A stretch of 64,000 bases of DNA, taken from positions 160,001 through 224,000 of the forward strand of contig CAWFJJ010000030.1 in assembly GCA_963816185.1 (NCBI GenBank). The letters run 5' to 3'. This document shows, piece after piece, positions 39,616 to 49,968 of the stretch. Every line of letters begins with the position of its first letter. Position 1 is the stretch's first letter. The translations under genes were made by a program, and so were the position numbers. Under the pieces are notes generated by a model, which made no database searches, was not told the origin of the DNA, and was given only the letters and a program-made list of their open reading frames with translations. The DNA comes from Thermoanaerobaculia bacterium. GTDB taxonomy: Bacteria; Acidobacteriota; Thermoanaerobaculia; UBA5066.

Positions 39616-40899
39616 TCAGACCCAGCCGCGGTCGTGACAGGCCTTGGCGACCCGGCTGACGGCGATCACGTAGGCCGCGTCCCGCATGTAGAGCTTCTGC
39701 TTCTTCGCCAGGTCGGCCACGGCGTGAAAGGCCGAAGTCATCTTCACGTCCAGCTTCCCGAGGACCTCGTCCTGCTCCCAGAAGTAGTTCATGTTGCTCT
39801 GCACCTGCTCGAAGTAGCTGCACGTGACGCCGCCGGCATTCGCGAGAAAGTCGGGGAGGACGAAGATGCCGCGCTCCTGGATGACCTTGTCGGCCTCGGG
39901 CGTCGTGGGGCCGTTCGCGCCTTCGGCGATCACCTTCACGCGGTCCTTGATCTTCCGCGCGCTCTCGCCCGTGATCTGGTTCTCCATGGCCGACGGCATC
40001 AGGATGTCCACGTTCTGCTCGATCCAGGCCTCGCCCGGGAGGACTTGATACCCGAGCTTCGTCGCCTTGTCCTTGTCGATGCCGCCGAAGCGGTCCGTGA
40101 TGCCGAGGAGCGCGTCGGGATCCACCCCAGCCTCGTTCCGGAAGCAGTACGCCGCCTGATCGGCCTGGTCCCACGACGCGACGGCAATGACCTTTCCGCC
40201 CAGCTTCAGGTAGAGCCGGATGGCGTACTGCGCCACGTTTCCGAAGCCCTGAACGCTGGCCACGGTCTTGTCGACCTTCAGTCCGAGCAGCCGGAGCGCC
40301 TCTCGCAGCGCAAAGACGAGGCCGTAGCCCGTGGCCTCGGTTCGTCCGAGAGAGCCCCCCATTCCCACCGGTTTCCCCGTGATGAAACCCGGCTCCTTGG
40401 CGCCGTGGATCACCTCGAACTCGTCGAGCATCCAGAGCATGTGCTGGGGCGTCGTCATCACGTCGGGCGCCGGCACGTCCACGGCCGAGCCGACGTTCCG
40501 GGAGACCTGCCGGATCCAGCCCCGGCAGATCTGCTCCTGCTCGCGCGCGCTCAGGTTGTGGGGGTCGCAGATGACGCCGCCCTTCGCCCCGCCCAGCGGG
40601 ATGTCCACCACGGAGCATTTCCACGTCATCCACATCGCAAGGGCCCGCACGGTGTCGATCGTCTCCTGCGGGTGGAACCGGATTCCTCCCTTGCACGGGC
40701 CGCGGGCGTCGTTGTGCTGGACGCGGAATCCGCGAAAGACCTTCACGTTTCCGTCGTCCATGTGCACCGGAATGCCGAAGTGAAACTCGCGCAGCGGCCA
40801 CCTCAGGAGGTCGCGCGTGGCGCCGTCCAGTCCCAGGACGTCCGCTGATTTGTCGAACTGCGACTGCGCCATCTCGAACGGATTGAACGCACTTTTCAT
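39616..40899 (-). CDS. Glu/Leu/Phe/Val dehydrogenase (glutamate dehydrogenase)
   Basis: [52 protein letters not shown]. Confidence 0.93.
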   Translation of the reverse strand: MKSAFNPFEMAQSQFDKSADVLGLDGATRDLLRWPLREFHFGIPVHMDDGNVKVFRGFRVQHNDARGPCKGGIRFHPQETIDTVRALAMWMTWKCSVVDIPLGGAKGGVICDPHNLSAREQEQICRGWIRQVSRNVGSAVDVPAPDVMTTPQHMLWMLDEFEVIHGAKEPGFITGKPVGMGGSLGRTEATGYGLVFALREALRLLGLKVDKTVASVQGFGNVAQYAIRLYLKLGGKVIAVASWDQADQAAYCFRNEAGVDPDALLGITDRFGGIDKDKATKLGYQVLPGEAWIEQNVDILMPSAMENQITGESARKIKDRVKVIAEGANGPTTPEADKVIQERGIFVLPDFLANAGGVTCSYFEQVQSNMNYFWEQDEVLGKLDVKMTSAFHAVADLAKKQKLYMRDAAYVIAVSRVAKACHDRGWV

Positions 40900-41080
40900 G
40901 GGGGATCTCCCTCTCTTGTCCTGTCGTCGTGTATCCGACTGGAGGGCTGGAACACGGCGCCCTCTTCGAACCGGATCATCACCATCATCGTACTGGCCGG
41001 GCCCCGGCGCCGTCATGAGGCATATGGATCACCTCGACCCCGCCCAGGACCTCGCCTACACTCGGGAATTCGGAGGATCG

Positions 41081-42490
41081 ATGACTGCATCTAACGGCTT
41101 TTTGGAAACCGTCAACCGGAACTTCGACGCTGCCGCGGGCTATCTCGACTACCCGCCCGGACTCCTGGACCAGATCAAGGTCTGCAACAGCATCTACAAG
41201 TTCCGCTTCCCGGTCCGAAGGGAAGGGGGAGGCTACGAGGTCATCGAGGCCTGGCGCGCCGAGCACAGCCACCACAAGCTGCCCGTCAAGGGAGGAATCC
41301 GATACTCACCCGACGTCAACGAAGACGAGGTCCTCGCGCTCGCCGCTCTCATGACCTTCAAGTGCGCGATCGTCGACGTCCCGTTCGGCGGAGCGAAGGG
41401 CGGGATCAAGATCGACCCGCGGAAAGTGACCATCGAGCAGCTCGAGCGCATCACGCGCCGCTACACCGCCGAGCTCACGAAGAAGAATTTCATCGGGCCC
41501 GGGATCGACGTGCCCGCTCCCGACTACGGGACGGGCCCGCGCGAGATGTCCTGGATCGCCGACACGTACGCCCAGTTCCATCCCGGCGAGATCGACGCGA
41601 TCGGATGCGTGACGGGCAAGCCGATCAGCCAGGGCGGCATCCGTGGGCGCAAGGAAGCCACGGGCCGGGGCGTTTTCTTCGGCGTGAGGGAAGCTCTCGC
41701 GGACTCCGAGCTGATCAAGACGCTCGGCCTCTCCGGCGGCCTCGCGGGCAAGCGTGTCGTCGTGCAGGGACTCGGCAACGTCGGGTCGCACGCGGCCCGA
41801 TTTCTCCAGGAGGGCGGCGCCGTGATCGTCGGCCTCTCGGAGTGGGAAGGCGCGATCGCGAACCCGAAGGGCCTCGACATCGCCGCGGTGATGACGCACC
41901 GCGCCGCGACGCGGAAGATCACCGGCTTCCCTGGGGCGGCGGACCTCCCCGGCGAAGAGGCCTTGTTCCTCGACTGCGACATCCTCGTCCCGGCCGCGCT
42001 CGAGAACGTGATCTCGGGCGCGAACGCGTCGCAGGTCCGGGCGAAGATCATCGCCGAGGGCGCGAACGGCCCGATCACGGCCGACGGCGACGCGATCCTT
42101 CGTCAGAAGGGCATTTGCGTCATCCCCGACATGTACCTCAACGCGGGCGGCGTCACCGTCTCGTACTTCGAATGGCTGAAGAACCTCTCGCACGTCCGCT
42201 TCGGGCGGATGGAGAAGCGCTTCGAGGAGATGCGGGCCGAGGAGATGGTGAAGTCCATCGAAAGCGCGACGGGAAAGCCCCTTTCCTCGGGAGAGCGCAA
42301 GCTCGTCATTCACGGGGCCGAGGAGGAAGATCTCGTCAATTCGGGCCTCGAGGAGACCATGTCCGTCGCGTGGCAGCAGATCCGCGACGTCCATCGCAAG
42401 CACCCGAAATCGGACCTCCGCACCGCGGCTTTCATCTCCGCGATCGACAAGATCGCCGTCAGCTACATGGAGCTGGGAATCTTCCCGTAG
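41081..42490 (+). CDS. Glutamate dehydrogenase, animal-like type with antenna insertion
   Basis: [37 protein letters not shown]-like [44 protein letters not shown]; SD GGAGG. Confidence 0.93.
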   Translation: MTASNGFLETVNRNFDAAAGYLDYPPGLLDQIKVCNSIYKFRFPVRREGGGYEVIEAWRAEHSHHKLPVKGGIRYSPDVNEDEVLALAALMTFKCAIVDVPFGGAKGGIKIDPRKVTIEQLERITRRYTAELTKKNFIGPGIDVPAPDYGTGPREMSWIADTYAQFHPGEIDAIGCVTGKPISQGGIRGRKEATGRGVFFGVREALADSELIKTLGLSGGLAGKRVVVQGLGNVGSHAARFLQEGGAVIVGLSEWEGAIANPKGLDIAAVMTHRAATRKITGFPGAADLPGEEALFLDCDILVPAALENVISGANASQVRAKIIAEGANGPITADGDAILRQKGICVIPDMYLNAGGVTVSYFEWLKNLSHVRFGRMEKRFEEMRAEEMVKSIESATGKPLSSGERKLVIHGAEEEDLVNSGLEETMSVAWQQIRDVHRKHPKSDLRTAAFISAIDKIAVSYMELGIFP

Positions 42491-43692
42491 GCAAGCGCGC
42501 GGACCCCGTCGCGCAACGCCTCGAAGACGGCGCGGTGCCCGTCGGCGCTCCAGTGCATGTCGCCTCCGGGAAGGTACTGGCTCCTGCCCGTCCGGCGGCG
42601 CGCCTCCACGAGAGCGGGCGCCGGATCGAAGCACGTGATGCCCTCGCGCGCGCAGAACGCGCGAAGACGCCGTGCGGGGGCGCCGGGATCGAAGCACGAA
42701 GGACGGAGCCCGTACGCGGCAACCGTCGCGTTCCAGTCGTCCTCCTGCACCGCGTAGCGCTGGGGAAACAGGACGACGGCGAACGCGAACCCGCGCTCTT
42801 TCGCGAGAGCCCGGTAGCCGAGCAGCGTCCGCGAGAGGCGCTCGAAGAAGACGTCGACGAAAGGCGGCGGCCGGACGAGACAGATCCCGAGCCCGTTGAC
42901 CCCGTCGAGAATGAAACGTGACAGGCCGGGTCCGCGCGAGCTTCCGATCGGCTGCGCGGGCAATCCGAACGCGAGATCGAGAAGGCGCAGACGCCGCCTG
43001 ACAGGCGTCGCCGCGGGGACTCCCGTAAGACACGCTCCGGGAATCGTGGCGCGAATCTCGTCGCGCTGCTCGAGGGGGAGCCCCTCCGCCGCCCGCTCGA
43101 TGTGAAAGGCCGGGGGCTCGATGCGGTACTTGCCGGGCGGATCGAGCGCGAGGCCCGCCTGCGCAATGTCGTTCCCGAGCGTGAGGCCCAGAAGCACGAC
43201 GTGTGGATGAAACCGCGCTCCCGAACGATCGAGCCAGAAAAGACCCGTCACCGGCTCCTCGATCTCCGAAATCAGCACCTCCGCGTGACCGCGCGCGGCG
43301 AGATCCTTCTCGAGAAGCCGGGAGAAGGTCTTCTCCTGGTCCACGCGATAACCCGCCGTGAACGAGTCTCCCATCGAAAGGACGCGCACGACGCCGGGGG
43401 GCGGCGTTTCCGGCGTGTCTTCCGAGCGCCGGAAGCCCTGCGCGTTGTTCCTCCAGAAGATGGTGCCGCCGAGGCCGTTCGCGAGACGCCCCTGGAAGCC
43501 CTCTTTCAGGAAGCCACCGGGACCCAGGCCGTCCGCGCGAACAGCGTCACCGTAATCGGGGCCGCCTTTCGTCGCAGGGGCGCGGACGCGCTCGCGAAGC
43601 CGCAAGGCGCCCTCCGCGAGCCCCAGCGCAAGAGCGCTCGAAACGAGGACCGTCGCGGCCGCCTTCAGTCGAGCGCGAACGTCTTCTTCCAA
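42463..43692 (-). CDS. Membrane-anchored SGNH/GDSL hydrolase-like protein (start uncertain)
   Basis: N-terminal TM ..LAEGALR; NAQGFR; MGDSFTAG; GND; DMHWSADGH. Confidence 0.75.
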   Translation of the reverse strand: MEEDVRARLKAAATVLVSSALALGLAEGALRLRERVRAPATKGGPDYGDAVRADGLGPGGFLKEGFQGRLANGLGGTIFWRNNAQGFRRSEDTPETPPPGVVRVLSMGDSFTAGYRVDQEKTFSRLLEKDLAARGHAEVLISEIEEPVTGLFWLDRSGARFHPHVVLLGLTLGNDIAQAGLALDPPGKYRIEPPAFHIERAAEGLPLEQRDEIRATIPGACLTGVPAATPVRRRLRLLDLAFGLPAQPIGSSRGPGLSRFILDGVNGLGICLVRPPPFVDVFFERLSRTLLGYRALAKERGFAFAVVLFPQRYAVQEDDWNATVAAYGLRPSCFDPGAPARRLRAFCAREGITCFDPAPALVEARRRTGRSQYLPGGDMHWSADGHRAVFEALRDGVRALAYGKIPSSM

Positions 43693-45700
43693 TCCTCACT
43701 CTCGGCGAACGCCGGCTGGCCCTCGCGTACGAGTACGTGGTTCTCGAGGACGAGGGCGTCCATCGCGGTCCGCATGAAGCACCGGTACGCGTCCTCCGGC
43801 GTGCAGACGATCGGCTCTCCCCGCACGTTGAAGGACGTGTTCACGACGACGGGACAGCCCGTGCGCGCCTGGAACTCGGACAGGATCGCGTGATAGACGG
43901 GATTCGTCTCCCGGCGCACCGTCTGGAGCCGGGCGGAATAATCCACGTGCGTGACTGCGGGGATCGACGAGCGGGGCACGTTGAGCTTCTCGATTCCCCA
44001 GAGCGCCTTCTCTTCTGCGGTCATGGCGCGGCGCTTTTCCGGGACGACGTCGGCGCAGAGCAGCATGTAGGGCGAGTCCCCCTCGAACGTGAACCACCTC
44101 GCCGCCTCCTCGCGGAGCACGGACGGGGCGAACGGCCGGAACGATTCGCGGAACTTGATCTTCAGGTTCATGACCGACTGCATCGCCGGCGAACGCGGAT
44201 CGCCGAGGATGCTCCGCCCGCCGAGCGCCCGCGGCCCGAACTCCATGCGCCCCTGGAGGAGTCCCACGACCTTGCCGTCGGCAAGGAAGTCTGCGCGACG
44301 CCGGGAAGCTCTGAGACGGGATGAAGGTGCGAAATGGGTAATGGCGTCGACTCGAGCCAGGTTTCTATTTGCTTAGAAGGGTAAGAGGGGCCGAGAAACG
44401 CGCCTGACATGCCGTCTTCGTAGGGAGGAAGGGACGAAGAGGAGGATTCTTTGAATGAAAAAGCGATCGGTGCCGGCGATCCACTGCGAGCGGCCGGCGC
44501 GTCGGCCGCAGCGCCTGATTCGGCGTTGCCCTGCCCTATTCCATTCGAAGAAATCTTCTCTTCTCTCTCTTTCTCATTCGCAGAAATCTCTTTTTCTCTT
44601 CTCTCTTCTTTCCCCAGCCTCCACGTCCCGCGCTTCTCCGCGCTCTCCCTCGGCATCCCGAGATGCCGATGCCAAATCGAAAGAGCCGCTCCGACCGCTC
44701 CGCCCGCGTCGCCGGCCGCGGGCTGGATCCAGATGTCGTCGAAGATCCCTGCCTCGAGGAGCCTGCCGTTCGCCACGCAATTCAACGCGACCCCGCCCGC
44801 CATGCAGAGATACCGGGCCCCTGTCGTCTTCCTCGCGTGGCGGGCCATCTTCAGGACGATCTCCTCGGTGACGTCCTGGATCGAACGCGCCAGATCCATC
44901 TCGCGCTGCGTGAGCTTCGACTCGGGCGCGCGCGCCGGCCCGCCGAAGAGCTTCTCGAATGCCGTCCCGGTCATCCTCAGCCGGTCTGCGAAGTCGAAGT
45001 AATCCATGTCGAGCCGGATCGATCCGTCCTCGCAGACGTGGACGAGCTTCTCGCGAATCAGCCCCGCGTACTTCGGCTCGCCGTACGGAGCGAGGCCCAT
45101 GAGCTTGTACTCCCCGCTGTTCACCTTGAACCCGCAGAAGTACGTGAACGCCGAGTAGAGAAGGCCGATGGAGTGGGGAAACTTGAGCTCCGCCTGCATG
45201 TCGAGCCGGTGGCCCGTGCCCATTCCGAGCGAAGAGGTCGCCCACTCCCCCACGCCGTCCATCGTGAGCACGGCCGCCTCCTCGTACGGCGACGGGTAGA
45301 AGGCCGAGGCCGCGTGCGACTCGTGATGATCGGAGAACAGAATCCGGCCCGAAGAGCCCAGCTCTTTCTCGATGCGCTCGGACATCCAGAGGCGATCCGT
45401 GATCCAGAGAGGCATCGCCTTGCGAAACGAAGCGAAACCGCGTGGCGCGTAGTCGAGATACGTCTCGAAGAGGCGCTCGAATTTCACGAGGGGCTTGTCG
45501 TAAAACGCGACGTGGTCGAGGCGGTCGGCCGTGAGAGAGCCGGCCTCGAGGCAATAGCGCGCCGCGTGCGCGGGAAACTCCGCGTCGTGCTTCTTGCGCG
45601 TGAAGCGCTCCTCCTGCGCGGCGGCGACGATCGTCCCGTCGACGAGAAGACACGCCGCCGAGTCGTGGTAGTAGGCCGAGAGGCCGAGGATCGCCGTCAC
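43665..45700 (-). CDS. Carbamoyltransferase, NodU/CmcH/SxtI family (frameshift near 44300)
   Basis: ILGLSAYYHDSAA, EERFTRKKH, HHESHAASAF, EYKLMGLAPYG, AGGVALNC; C-part EFGPRALGGRS, KFRESFRPFAP, NTSFN in ORF 43665-44267. Confidence 0.9.
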
Positions 45701-45704
45701 GGCT

Positions 45705-45863
45705 CTAGAACAGCGTGTAGATGAAGGGAGCGATGACGCTCTTCTCGGCGAGGACGAGGAGCAGGCCGACGAGGACGAGGAGGAACACGATGGGCATGAG
45801 CCAGTACTTCTTGCGGTACTTGAGGAACTGCCAGAGCTGCGAAAGGACCTCGCTCTTCCTCAT
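45705..45863 (-). CDS. Small SxtK/DUF5989-like membrane protein
   Basis: MRKSEVLSQLWQFLKYRKKYWLMPIV...IAPFIYTLF, 52 aa. Confidence 0.85.
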   Translation of the reverse strand: MRKSEVLSQLWQFLKYRKKYWLMPIVFLLVLVGLLLVLAEKSVIAPFIYTLF

Positions 45864-46252
45864 CACCAGATCGTCTCGTAATGGCGCGGGTCGCGATTCC
45901 GTTCCGGGTAAGGCGACCACATCGAGGAGGGCGCGGGCCCGCGCCGCCTCAGCTCGTCGCGCCCGAAGAGGCGCAGGACGAGACCGAGCGGCGTGAGCAC
46001 GAGAAAGAACGTGAGAAAAAGGAAGATCGCGGAGTTGACGCGGCCGAGCACGCGCGCGAAGGCCAGCCAGGCGCGATGAGGCCGGACGAGGAGCGCGGGA
46101 AAAAATGCGGCGAGAAGGAGGAGAGGCCCGCCCAGCGCGAAGACGACGATGGCCGCCGCGTACCGGTGACGCCAGAGAAGCAACGCGCCGAGGACGGCGA
46201 AGGCGCCTCCCACGGTCCACCCGAAGCGGCGGTCTGAGGAACTCTTTTCCAC
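45863..46252 (-). CDS. SxtJ-family membrane protein
   Basis: RRFGWTVG, W..FARVLGRVNS.IFL..FFLVLTPLGLV.R..GRD. Confidence 0.85.
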   Translation of the reverse strand: MEKSSSDRRFGWTVGGAFAVLGALLLWRHRYAAAIVVFALGGPLLLLAAFFPALLVRPHRAWLAFARVLGRVNSAIFLFLTFFLVLTPLGLVLRLFGRDELRRRGPAPSSMWSPYPERNRDPRHYETIW

Positions 46253-46261
46253 CGACGAATC

Positions 46262-48724
46262 TTAGCTCGCCCGGCGAACGCCGCCGAGCACGGGAGTCGA
46301 GGCCAGCAGCACCGAGAAGTCGAAAGCGGAGAGGGGGGCGCTCACGGCGAAGCCCTGCAGGCGATCGCAGCCGGCGCGCCGCAGAAACTCGATCTGGCCG
46401 AACGTCTCGACCCCTTCCGCGACCACCTCGAGCCCGAGGTCGTGGCCGAGCGTCACCATCGTCTGCACGAGCTTCGCGTTCCGGCTGCCGGAGTCGACCG
46501 GCGTGGACAGCTCACGAAGGAACGCCTGGTCGATCTTCAGCTCGTCGATCGGAAGAATCTGGAGGTACGACAGCGACGAATAGCCGGTCCCGAAGTCGTC
46601 CACGGCCAGGCCGAGTCCGAGCGTTTTCAGCCGGCCGAGGACCGCCATCGTCGCCGCGACGTCCTTCACGAGGAGACTCTCCGTGACCTCGAGCCGCAGG
46701 AGGGACGCGGGCACGCCGTGCGTCGCGAGAATGCGCTCGAGCGTTTCCGCGAGATCGGCCTGCAGGAACTGGATCGGCGACAGGTTGAGGGAGACGGGCA
46801 CGTTCGCGACTCCGTCGCGCTTCCAGGCCGCGAGCCGGCTGCAGACCTCCTCGAAGACCCAGAGCCCGATGGACAGGATGAGGCCGCTCTCCTCGGCGAT
46901 CGGGATGAAGCGGTTTGGCCGGACGAGGCCGAGCTCGGGGTGGTTCCAGCGGAGGAGCGCCTCGGCGCCCATCAGCTCTCCGTCTCGATCCATTTGCGGC
47001 TGGTAGACGATCTCGAGCTCGCCCCGCGCGAGAGCCCTGCGGAGGTCGTTCTCGAGCCGCAGGCGCTCGCCTCCGCCCAACGTCACATCCGGTCCGAACA
47101 CCCGGTAGCCGTTCCCGGCGAGACCCTTCGCGGCGTACATCGCGGCGTCCGCGTGCCTCTGCAGCGTCACGACATCGGGCGCGTCGTCCGGGAACACGCT
47201 CACGCCCACGCTTGCTCCGACGAAGACCTCTTCGCCCCGGAGGTCGAACGGAGCCTTGAGCGCGTCGAGGAGCCGCTCCGGAAGAGAAGGGCCCGCGGTC
47301 GGCGTGCCGGGCACCTCGATCCGAAGCACACAGAATTCGTCGCCGCCCATGCGTGCGAGAACGTCTCCGTTGACGAGCGCGCTCGAAAGTCGGAAAGCGA
47401 CCTCGCGCAGAAGTGCGTCGCCGCCCGCGTGGCCGAACGTATCGTTGACGTGCTTGAAGCGGTCGAGATCGACGTACGCGAGGATCACGCGCTCACCGCT
47501 TCCCAAGGACCGAGAGACGGCTTTCTGGAGGCTCTCCTCGAGTGAGAACCGGTTCGGGAGACTCGTGAGAGAGTCGAACCGCGCCTGAAACGCGAGCTGC
47601 TCGGCAAGCTGCCGCTGCTCGATGGCGATCGCCGCGAGCGAGGCCGCATTCGAAAGAAGGGCTGCGTCGGCACGTTCCGGCCGCCGCGTCTCGTGAAGGA
47701 GAACGCTCAGGGTGCCGAGCACGACGCCGTTTCCCGTCTCGATGGGAATCGTCCAGCACGCGACGATCCCGTGAGGCGCGAAGGTCTCGCGGCAGGCGGC
47801 CCAAAGAGGATCGCCCGGGACGTCGCGCGTCACGACGAGGCGATGCTCTTCGACCGCCCGCGCGAGAGGCGGCGTCGTGGACCCGAGCGGGATGTCCTCG
47901 TGCGCGGTTCCAAAGGGCCCGACCGAGCCGGCGGAGCCCAGGGCGCGAACGCCCTGGCGAAGCGGCGAGATCGCGCAAATCGCGCGCGCGCGCTGGTGCT
48001 CGACGAGGGAGGCGACCTCCGGAAGGACGACGTGCAGCGGCTCGCCGCGCGCGATCTTCTCGAGGATCACCCGCCTGTCCCGATCGAGGAGGTCGCGCCC
48101 CGAAAGCGTGTCTTCCACGAAGCGCCGGTCCTTCCGCTCGCGCTGCAGGAGAACGTCCGCCTGTGCGGCCGACTCGGCGAGCGCGTCGCGCTCGACCAGA
48201 AGGCTCTCGCGCTCCATGTGCACCTGCTTCAAGCGCCTCTTCAGGGGAGCGAACACGCTCAGCGTTCCGACACCCGCTCCGAATGCAGCCAGGGCGAGGG
48301 ACCCGGCGAGAATGCCGCGGCGTTCCCGGCCCGCTGCTTCCCGCGCGGGAGCGAGCGAAAGACCGAGGACGAGCGTGCCGACGCGATTGCCGTCGTAGCT
48401 CACCGCGGCGCGCGCGACGCTCGTCTCTCCTGTCGTCGGCGCCTGCCAGACCGCCGCCGGAAGGCCGGCCCGGTCCAAGACGACGATCGACGCGGGCCGC
48501 CGGCCGGGCACCAGGTCCCTGACCGTCTCGAGGGCACCGTCGGCGTCCTGAAAGACGAGGAGCGCGCCGATCGCGGCCGCCGCCCGGCCGGCGACCGCAT
48601 CCGCCTCGCGGCTGGCAGCCTCCAGAGCGCGCGCCTCCGCGCCCGCGACGCGGACGACGAGGGTCGTCGCCGCGATCAGGCAGACGAGCGCGAGCGACAG
48701 GCCGATGCGGCGAACGAGCGGCAT
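46262..48724 (-). CDS. Membrane GAF-GGDEF-EAL diguanylate cyclase/phosphodiesterase
   Basis: Two TM segments; GAF; DSLTSLPNR, DLDRFK.VND, MGGDEF; AEALLRW, DDFGTGYSSL, AEGVET. Confidence 0.92.
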   Translation of the reverse strand: MPLVRRIGLSLALVCLIAATTLVVRVAGAEARALEAASREADAVAGRAAAAIGALLVFQDADGALETVRDLVPGRRPASIVVLDRAGLPAAVWQAPTTGETSVARAAVSYDGNRVGTLVLGLSLAPAREAAGRERRGILAGSLALAAFGAGVGTLSVFAPLKRRLKQVHMERESLLVERDALAESAAQADVLLQRERKDRRFVEDTLSGRDLLDRDRRVILEKIARGEPLHVVLPEVASLVEHQRARAICAISPLRQGVRALGSAGSVGPFGTAHEDIPLGSTTPPLARAVEEHRLVVTRDVPGDPLWAACRETFAPHGIVACWTIPIETGNGVVLGTLSVLLHETRRPERADAALLSNAASLAAIAIEQRQLAEQLAFQARFDSLTSLPNRFSLEESLQKAVSRSLGSGERVILAYVDLDRFKHVNDTFGHAGGDALLREVAFRLSSALVNGDVLARMGGDEFCVLRIEVPGTPTAGPSLPERLLDALKAPFDLRGEEVFVGASVGVSVFPDDAPDVVTLQRHADAAMYAAKGLAGNGYRVFGPDVTLGGGERLRLENDLRRALARGELEIVYQPQMDRDGELMGAEALLRWNHPELGLVRPNRFIPIAEESGLILSIGLWVFEEVCSRLAAWKRDGVANVPVSLNLSPIQFLQADLAETLERILATHGVPASLLRLEVTESLLVKDVAATMAVLGRLKTLGLGLAVDDFGTGYSSLSYLQILPIDELKIDQAFLRELSTPVDSGSRNAKLVQTMVTLGHDLGLEVVAEGVETFGQIEFLRRAGCDRLQGFAVSAPLSAFDFSVLLASTPVLGGVRRAS

Positions 48725-48754
48725 TTCAACCACTGTACCCCTCGCGGCGTTCGC

Positions 48755-49681
48755 TCAACGTTCGCGTCCGGCTGCAAACGCCGCGAGATCGGCAAGAGGA
48801 CCGGGATCGCCTTCGAGGTCCCGGGCGGCGTCGCGTGTCGCCGCGAGCGCGAGGTCGCGCTCGCGGAATGCTCCCTCGAGACCGAAGACGGCGGGATACG
48901 TGAGCTTGTTTTGGGCAAGGTCCTTTCCGGCGGTCTTGCCGAGCGTCTCCGAGGTCTGTGTGACGTCGAGGAGATCGTCGGCGATCTGGAAGAGGAGTCC
49001 GAGCGCCTCCCCGTAGCGGGTGACGAGCAGAAGCCGGTTCTCGTCCGCGCCCGCGTGCAGCGCCCCGAGCTCGAGCGAAAGGCGGATGAGCCGCCCCGTC
49101 TTCAGGGAGTGAATGTGGCGAAGGAGCCCGACGCGTTCGGGTTCGGGAACAGACCTTCCCGCGGCCGCGAGATCGAGAGCCTGCCCGCCCGCCATCCCGG
49201 CGAGGCCGATCGCCGCCGCCGTCCACGCGACCGCGCGGGCGCGCCGTGCCGCGCGGGCATCGCCGGCGGGGCGCGTCGCGAGGAGCTCGAAGCCGAGGGT
49301 CTGCAGCGCGTCGCCCGCGAGCAGCGCCGTGGCCTCGCCGAAAACGATGTGGCACGTCGGCCTTCCCCGGCGTAGCGCATCGTCGTCCATGCACGGCAGG
49401 TCGTCGTGGATGAGCGAATACGTATGGAGAAGCTCGAGCGCAGCGGCTGCGTCGAGGGCGTCGTCCGGGAGGCGATCCGCCCCGCAGGACTCGGCTCCCG
49501 CGAGGAAGAGGAGCGGCCGCAGCCTCTTCCCGCCCGCGAGGACGCTGTAGCGCATCGCGGCGACGAGGGCGGCCGGCTCGGCCCCCTCTCTGGGCAGGAC
49601 GGCAAGCAGCGCATCCTCGACATCCCGGCGTCGGCCCTCGAGGGCCGACGGCAGAAGCGCGCCGGTCTTTCCTTCCGTCAT
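48755..49681 (-). CDS. ispA: Polyprenyl (farnesyl/geranylgeranyl) diphosphate synthase
   Basis: GGKRLRP, HDDLPCMDDDALRRG, FQIADDLLD, GKTAGKD. Confidence 0.93.
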   Translation of the reverse strand: MTEGKTGALLPSALEGRRRDVEDALLAVLPREGAEPAALVAAMRYSVLAGGKRLRPLLFLAGAESCGADRLPDDALDAAAALELLHTYSLIHDDLPCMDDDALRRGRPTCHIVFGEATALLAGDALQTLGFELLATRPAGDARAARRARAVAWTAAAIGLAGMAGGQALDLAAAGRSVPEPERVGLLRHIHSLKTGRLIRLSLELGALHAGADENRLLLVTRYGEALGLLFQIADDLLDVTQTSETLGKTAGKDLAQNKLTYPAVFGLEGAFRERDLALAATRDAARDLEGDPGPLADLAAFAAGRER

Positions 49682-49968
49682 CGCTCCGGCTCTTCCCCGT
49701 CGAGCGCGTCCTCATCCAGCTCGTCGTCGAGGGGCTCCGTCACGAGCGCGTCCGGAGTTTCCTTGAGGACGACCTCCACGCGCTTTTCGATCTCGTCGAT
49801 GCGGCCCCGGCAGAAGCGAGAGAGCGCGATTCCCTCCTCGAAGAGGACGAGGCTTGCCTCGAGCCCTTTCTCGGGGTCTTCGAGCTCGGACACGATGTCC
49901 TGCAGGCGAGAGAGCGCCTTCTCGAACGTGAGGTTCTTCGGAAGGCTCTCGGTCTTCCCCTTACTCAT
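49678..49968 (-). CDS. xseB: Exodeoxyribonuclease VII small subunit
   Basis: TFEKALSRLQDIV..LE..LEASL..FEEG; between xseA and ispA. Confidence 0.92.
   Translation of the reverse strand: MSKGKTESLPKNLTFEKALSRLQDIVSELEDPEKGLEASLVLFEEGIALSRFCRGRIDEIEKRVEVVLKETPDALVTEPLDDELDEDALDGEEPER

Noticed and set aside
3483-45700. Programmed frameshifting or pseudogene status for ltaE, dsbD and the carbamoyltransferase
   Set aside because: Isolated single-base breaks, some in short runs, with intact motifs on both sides and no slippery heptamer plus structure. This fits long-read assembly error; reads are needed to confirm.
43665-46252. Saxitoxin biosynthesis cluster
   Set aside because: No sxtA, sxtG or other core genes in the window; only the widespread I/J/K-like trio.
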